A stretch of 64,000 nt of DNA from Alphaproteobacteria bacterium (GTDB lineage Bacteria; Pseudomonadota; Alphaproteobacteria; UBA828), in contig CBDEFM010000002.1 of the NCBI GenBank assembly GCA_965237415.1, positions 2,688,001-2,752,000 on the forward strand, in the 5' to 3' direction. A program made the position numbers and the translations under genes. The notes beneath the pieces were generated by a model, which searched no databases, was not told where the DNA came from, and saw nothing but the letters and a program-made list of their open reading frames with translations. Shown here in pieces: positions 60,936 to 64,000 of this stretch (the stretch's first letter is position 1; every line of letters begins with the position of its first letter).

Positions 60936-61826
60936 ATGGCGGACATCGGATTCATCGGGCTCGGCAATATGGGAGGGCCGATGGCCGCCAATCTGGCGGT
61001 AGCCGGCCATGCTGTCACGGCCTTCGACATCAGCACGCAGGCGCTGGAGAGGGCGCGTGAGGCAGGGGCTCCGACGGCGGGCTCCGTCGCCGAGGCTGCG
61101 GCCGGGCGGGAGGTGGTCATCACCATGCTGCCGGCCGGCGCCGAGGTGTCGGAGGTCTATCGCGGCGAGGGCGGAGTCCTCTCGGTCGCGGCGCCGGGGA
61201 CGCTGCTCATCGACTGCTCGACCATCGACGTCGATACCGCCCGCGCGGTCGCCGCAACGGCGGCCGAAGGCGGCTGGCCGCTGCTGGATGCGCCAGTCTC
61301 CGGCGGTGTCGCCGGTGCGGCGGCAGGCACGCTCACCTTCATGGTTGGCGGCGAGGGGGACGCGGTCGAGCGCGGCCGGCCGGTGCTGGGCGACATGGGC
61401 AAGGCCGTGATCCATGCCGGCGCCTCCGGCGCAGGCCAGACGGCCAAGGTCTGCAACAACCTGATCCTCGCGGTCTCGATGATCGGCGTCTGCGAGGCAT
61501 TCGGGATGGCGGACCGGCTCGGGCTCGAGCGTCAGACGCTCTTCGACATCGTCTCCAAGGCGACCGGCCAGTGCTGGGCGCTCACCTCCTACTGCCCGGT
61601 GCCGGGGCCGGTGGAGAGCGCGCCGTCGAATCGCGACTACGCACCGGGATTTACGGCCCAGATGATGCTGAAGGACCTGCGCCTCGCCCAGGCCGCTGCG
61701 GCCTCGGCCGGCGCGGCATCGCCGCTCGGCGCGGAAGCGGTGGCGCTCTACACGCTCTTCTGCAACGCAGGCTTCGGGGCCGACGATTTCTCCGGCATCA
61801 TGAAGATGATCGGCCAGGGAGACTGA
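60936..61826 (+). CDS. mmsB: 3-hydroxyisobutyrate dehydrogenase
   Basis: FIGLGNMGGPMA, DAPVSGG, KVCNN, YCPVPGP, DFSG. Confidence 0.95.
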   Translation: MADIGFIGLGNMGGPMAANLAVAGHAVTAFDISTQALERAREAGAPTAGSVAEAAAGREVVITMLPAGAEVSEVYRGEGGVLSVAAPGTLLIDCSTIDVDTARAVAATAAEGGWPLLDAPVSGGVAGAAAGTLTFMVGGEGDAVERGRPVLGDMGKAVIHAGASGAGQTAKVCNNLILAVSMIGVCEAFGMADRLGLERQTLFDIVSKATGQCWALTSYCPVPGPVESAPSNRDYAPGFTAQMMLKDLRLAQAAAASAGAASPLGAEAVALYTLFCNAGFGADDFSGIMKMIGQGD

Positions 61827-61871
61827 CCCGGCCGTAGCCCCCTCTAGGAGCCTGCGCCGTAGGAAAATTGC

Positions 61872-61920
61872 CTACTATATGTAGTGGTAACAGATTATTC
61901 TTTACTACTACCTATGGTGT
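61872..61920. promoter_or_regulatory. Tandem NrdR-box-like 16-mers
   Basis: ctactatatgtagtgg (61872-61887) and ctactacctatggtgt (61905-61920), 33 bp start to start, resemble the consensus acaCwAtATaTwGtgt; AT-rich island. Confidence 0.55.
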
Positions 61921-61956
61921 CTGAAGGTGCCCAAAAGCGTTCTGCGGCGCAGGCTC

Positions 61957-62793
61957 CTAGTGTAATTCGAGAGGGGCGTCGCCGGCGGGCGGCGGGAAGG
62001 CCGTGTCCAGGGCCGCAAGCTCGTCATCGGTGAGCGTAATGTGGAGCGCGCCCAGGTTCTCGTCGACATGGGCGATACGGCTCGCCTTGGGTACGACGAA
62101 CATGTCCTCATGGCGAAGCACCCAGGCGAGCGCCACCTGCATCGGCGTTACGCCACGCTCGGCTGCGATGGCGCCGAGCGCGCGCCCTTCGGGCAGCCTG
62201 CCCTGCTCCAGCGGCGAATAGATCATGAGCGGCTGGTCGTGGCGGCGGCTCCAGTCCATCAGCGCTGCCTCGGGCCAGCGCCGCGAGAGGTTGTAGAGGA
62301 TCTGGTTGGTCTGGCAGCCTTGGCCGCCTGGGGTCTCCCACAGCTCTTCCATGTCGTCGGTGTCGAAGTTGCTGACCCCGAAGCGGCGAATCTTGCCGGC
62401 CTCCTGCAGCGCGAGGAAGCCTTCAACGACCTCGTCGAGGGAAATGCTGCTCCGCCAGTGCAGCAGGTAGAGGTCGAGGTAGTCGGTGCCGAGACACTTC
62501 AGGCTCTTCTCGCAGGCGCGCGCCATGCGCTTGCGTCCGGCGTTGGACGGCAGAACCTTGCTCACTAGGTAGACCGCATCGCGCTGCCCGCGGATCGCCT
62601 CGCCGACCACCTTCTCCGCCCCGCCGGAGCCGTACATCTCCGCCGTGTCGATGAGCGTCATGCCGCAGGCGATGCCGTGGCGGAGCGCCGCCACCTCGTC
62701 CTTGCGCGCAGCCCGGCGCTCGCCCATGCGCCACGTGCCCTGGCCCAGCGCCACGACCTCGTCGCCGCCCGGCAGCCTCACCGTCCGCATCAT
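61957..62793 (-). CDS. Aldo/keto reductase (YeaE-like)
   Basis: LGQGTW, IDTAEMYG, LVSKV, DLYLLHW, GVSNF, YSPLEQG. Confidence 0.93.
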   Translation of the reverse strand: MMRTVRLPGGDEVVALGQGTWRMGERRAARKDEVAALRHGIACGMTLIDTAEMYGSGGAEKVVGEAIRGQRDAVYLVSKVLPSNAGRKRMARACEKSLKCLGTDYLDLYLLHWRSSISLDEVVEGFLALQEAGKIRRFGVSNFDTDDMEELWETPGGQGCQTNQILYNLSRRWPEAALMDWSRRHDQPLMIYSPLEQGRLPEGRALGAIAAERGVTPMQVALAWVLRHEDMFVVPKASRIAHVDENLGALHITLTDDELAALDTAFPPPAGDAPLELH

Positions 62794-62893
62794 CGCGCGT
62801 CCCCTGCTCGTGCCGCCGCGAGATTAGCACGGGGTTCCGGCGCCGCGCGCGCCGCGCTACCTTGAGGCAAGACAACGGACCCTGGAGGCCGCC

Positions 62894-64000
62894 ATGCCAG
62901 GCGAGAAGGAAGTTCTCAAGACCACCTGCCCGCGCGATTGCTACGACGCCTGCGGCATCGTCGCGATCAAGCGCGACGGTGCCATAACCCGCGTGCTCGG
63001 CGACCCGGACCACCCCGTGAGCCGGGGCGCGCTCTGCGGCAAGTGCGCGCTTGCCTATAACGGCGTCTTCCGCGACCCCGAGGCACGGCTGCTGACGCCG
63101 CTGAAGCGCGCCGGCGCCAAGGGCGAGGGGCGCTTCGAGCCGGTCTCGTGGGACGAAGCGATCGGCGCGATCGCGGCGCGCTTCAAGCAGATCGCCGAGG
63201 GCGACGGCGCCGACAGGATCGTACACGCCCACTACACCGGCACCTGTTCGCTGATCGCCAACAACTTCCCGATGCGCTTCCTGGGCCGCCTCGGCGCCCG
63301 CGAGGTGGAGCCCGACACGGTGTGCAACATGGCGGGCCACGTGGCGCTCGACTATGTGATCGGCACGTCGGTGATCGGCTTCGACCCTCGCACCGCCAAG
63401 GACGCGCACTCGATTCTCGTCTGGGGCGCGAACCCGTCGGCGTCCGCGCCCCATCAGCACAAGCACTGGCTGAAGGAGGCGCCGGGGACGGTAATCGTCG
63501 TCGACCCGGTGCGCCACCCGACCGCCGAGCAGGCCGACCTGCACCTCCAGCCCTTCCCCGGCAGCGATGCGGCGCTGGCCTTCGCCATGGTCCACGTGCT
63601 GGTCCGCGACGGGCTGATCGACCGTGCCTTCCTCGACGCGCACACCGTAGGCTGGGATGAGCTGGAGCCCGCCGTCGCCCCCTGCACGCCGGCCTGGGGC
63701 GAGGCCCGCACCGGCGTGCCGGCAGCAGAGATCGAGGAAGCGGCGCGGATCTACGGTTCAGGCCCCGCGCTTCTCTGGCTCGGCCAGGGGCTGCAACGGC
63801 AAGCGATGGGCGGCAACGTGATGCGCGCTTGCGCGCTGTTGCCGGCGGTGACCGGCAATTACGGCAAGCCCGGCGCCGGGATGCTCTACCTCAACGGCGG
63901 CGGGCGCAAGGGGGTGGACGGCGATTACCTGAGCGGCGCGGCGCTGAGCCAGAGCCCGCCGAGCTTCAGCCAGATGGAGCTCGCGGCGCGGCTGGAAGAT
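62894..64000 (+). CDS. Molybdopterin-dependent oxidoreductase (DMSO reductase family, YyaE-like); runs off the right edge
   Basis: Manual translation MPGEKEVLKTTCPRDCYDACG..GDPDHP..LCGK (4Fe-4S motif), SWDEA, WGANP, PGSDAALA; no Tat signal. Confidence 0.9.
   Translation, partial: MPGEKEVLKTTCPRDCYDACGIVAIKRDGAITRVLGDPDHPVSRGALCGKCALAYNGVFRDPEARLLTPLKRAGAKGEGRFEPVSWDEAIGAIAARFKQIAEGDGADRIVHAHYTGTCSLIANNFPMRFLGRLGAREVEPDTVCNMAGHVALDYVIGTSVIGFDPRTAKDAHSILVWGANPSASAPHQHKHWLKEAPGTVIVVDPVRHPTAEQADLHLQPFPGSDAALAFAMVHVLVRDGLIDRAFLDAHTVGWDELEPAVAPCTPAWGEARTGVPAAEIEEAARIYGSGPALLWLGQGLQRQAMGGNVMRACALLPAVTGNYGKPGAGMLYLNGGGRKGVDGDYLSGAALSQSPPSFSQMELAARLED

Overview
High-GC chromosomal window from an alphaproteobacterium (Rhodospirillales-like gene order; the taxonomic call is inferred from synteny only). 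Most of it is housekeeping: rpsF-rpsR-rplI-cfa-dnaB-mlaEF-radA-cvpA-purF; purH; lysC-NMO-rodZ-hisS-prfA-prmC-DUF4167-clpB; ubiG, comF, tsaC, cysQ, apt, moaA, NAD kinase and a valine-catabolism trio. I saw no tRNA, rRNA, IS, prophage or CRISPR array. Two accessory modules stand out. (1) At 46557-50621 a secreted 73-aa peptide made of C-N-P/C-A-A triplets and a secreted protein with about 64 Cys in the same triplet repeat, fused to a cytochrome P460-like heme domain, flank a periplasmic FGE-domain protein and a His-motif DUF6969-like protein; a class I cytochrome c follows. This is my best candidate for an undescribed system. (2) At 1-6094 an operon divergent from a RutR-like regulator starts with a uracil-DNA-glycosylase-fold gene that lacks the DNA-intercalating Leu loop, followed by a GMC oxidoreductase, a NIPSNAP protein and a nucleoside-type ABC transporter, suggesting modified-pyrimidine catabolism. 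Also noted: an F420-dependent gene pair, a 2OG-Fe(II) oxygenase frameshifted at a G7 run, orphan NrdR-like boxes, DnaA-like boxes before dnaB, an M23 peptidase with five repeated modules, and several genes missing from normally conserved clusters. All family calls come from motif recognition by eye; no database searches were run.
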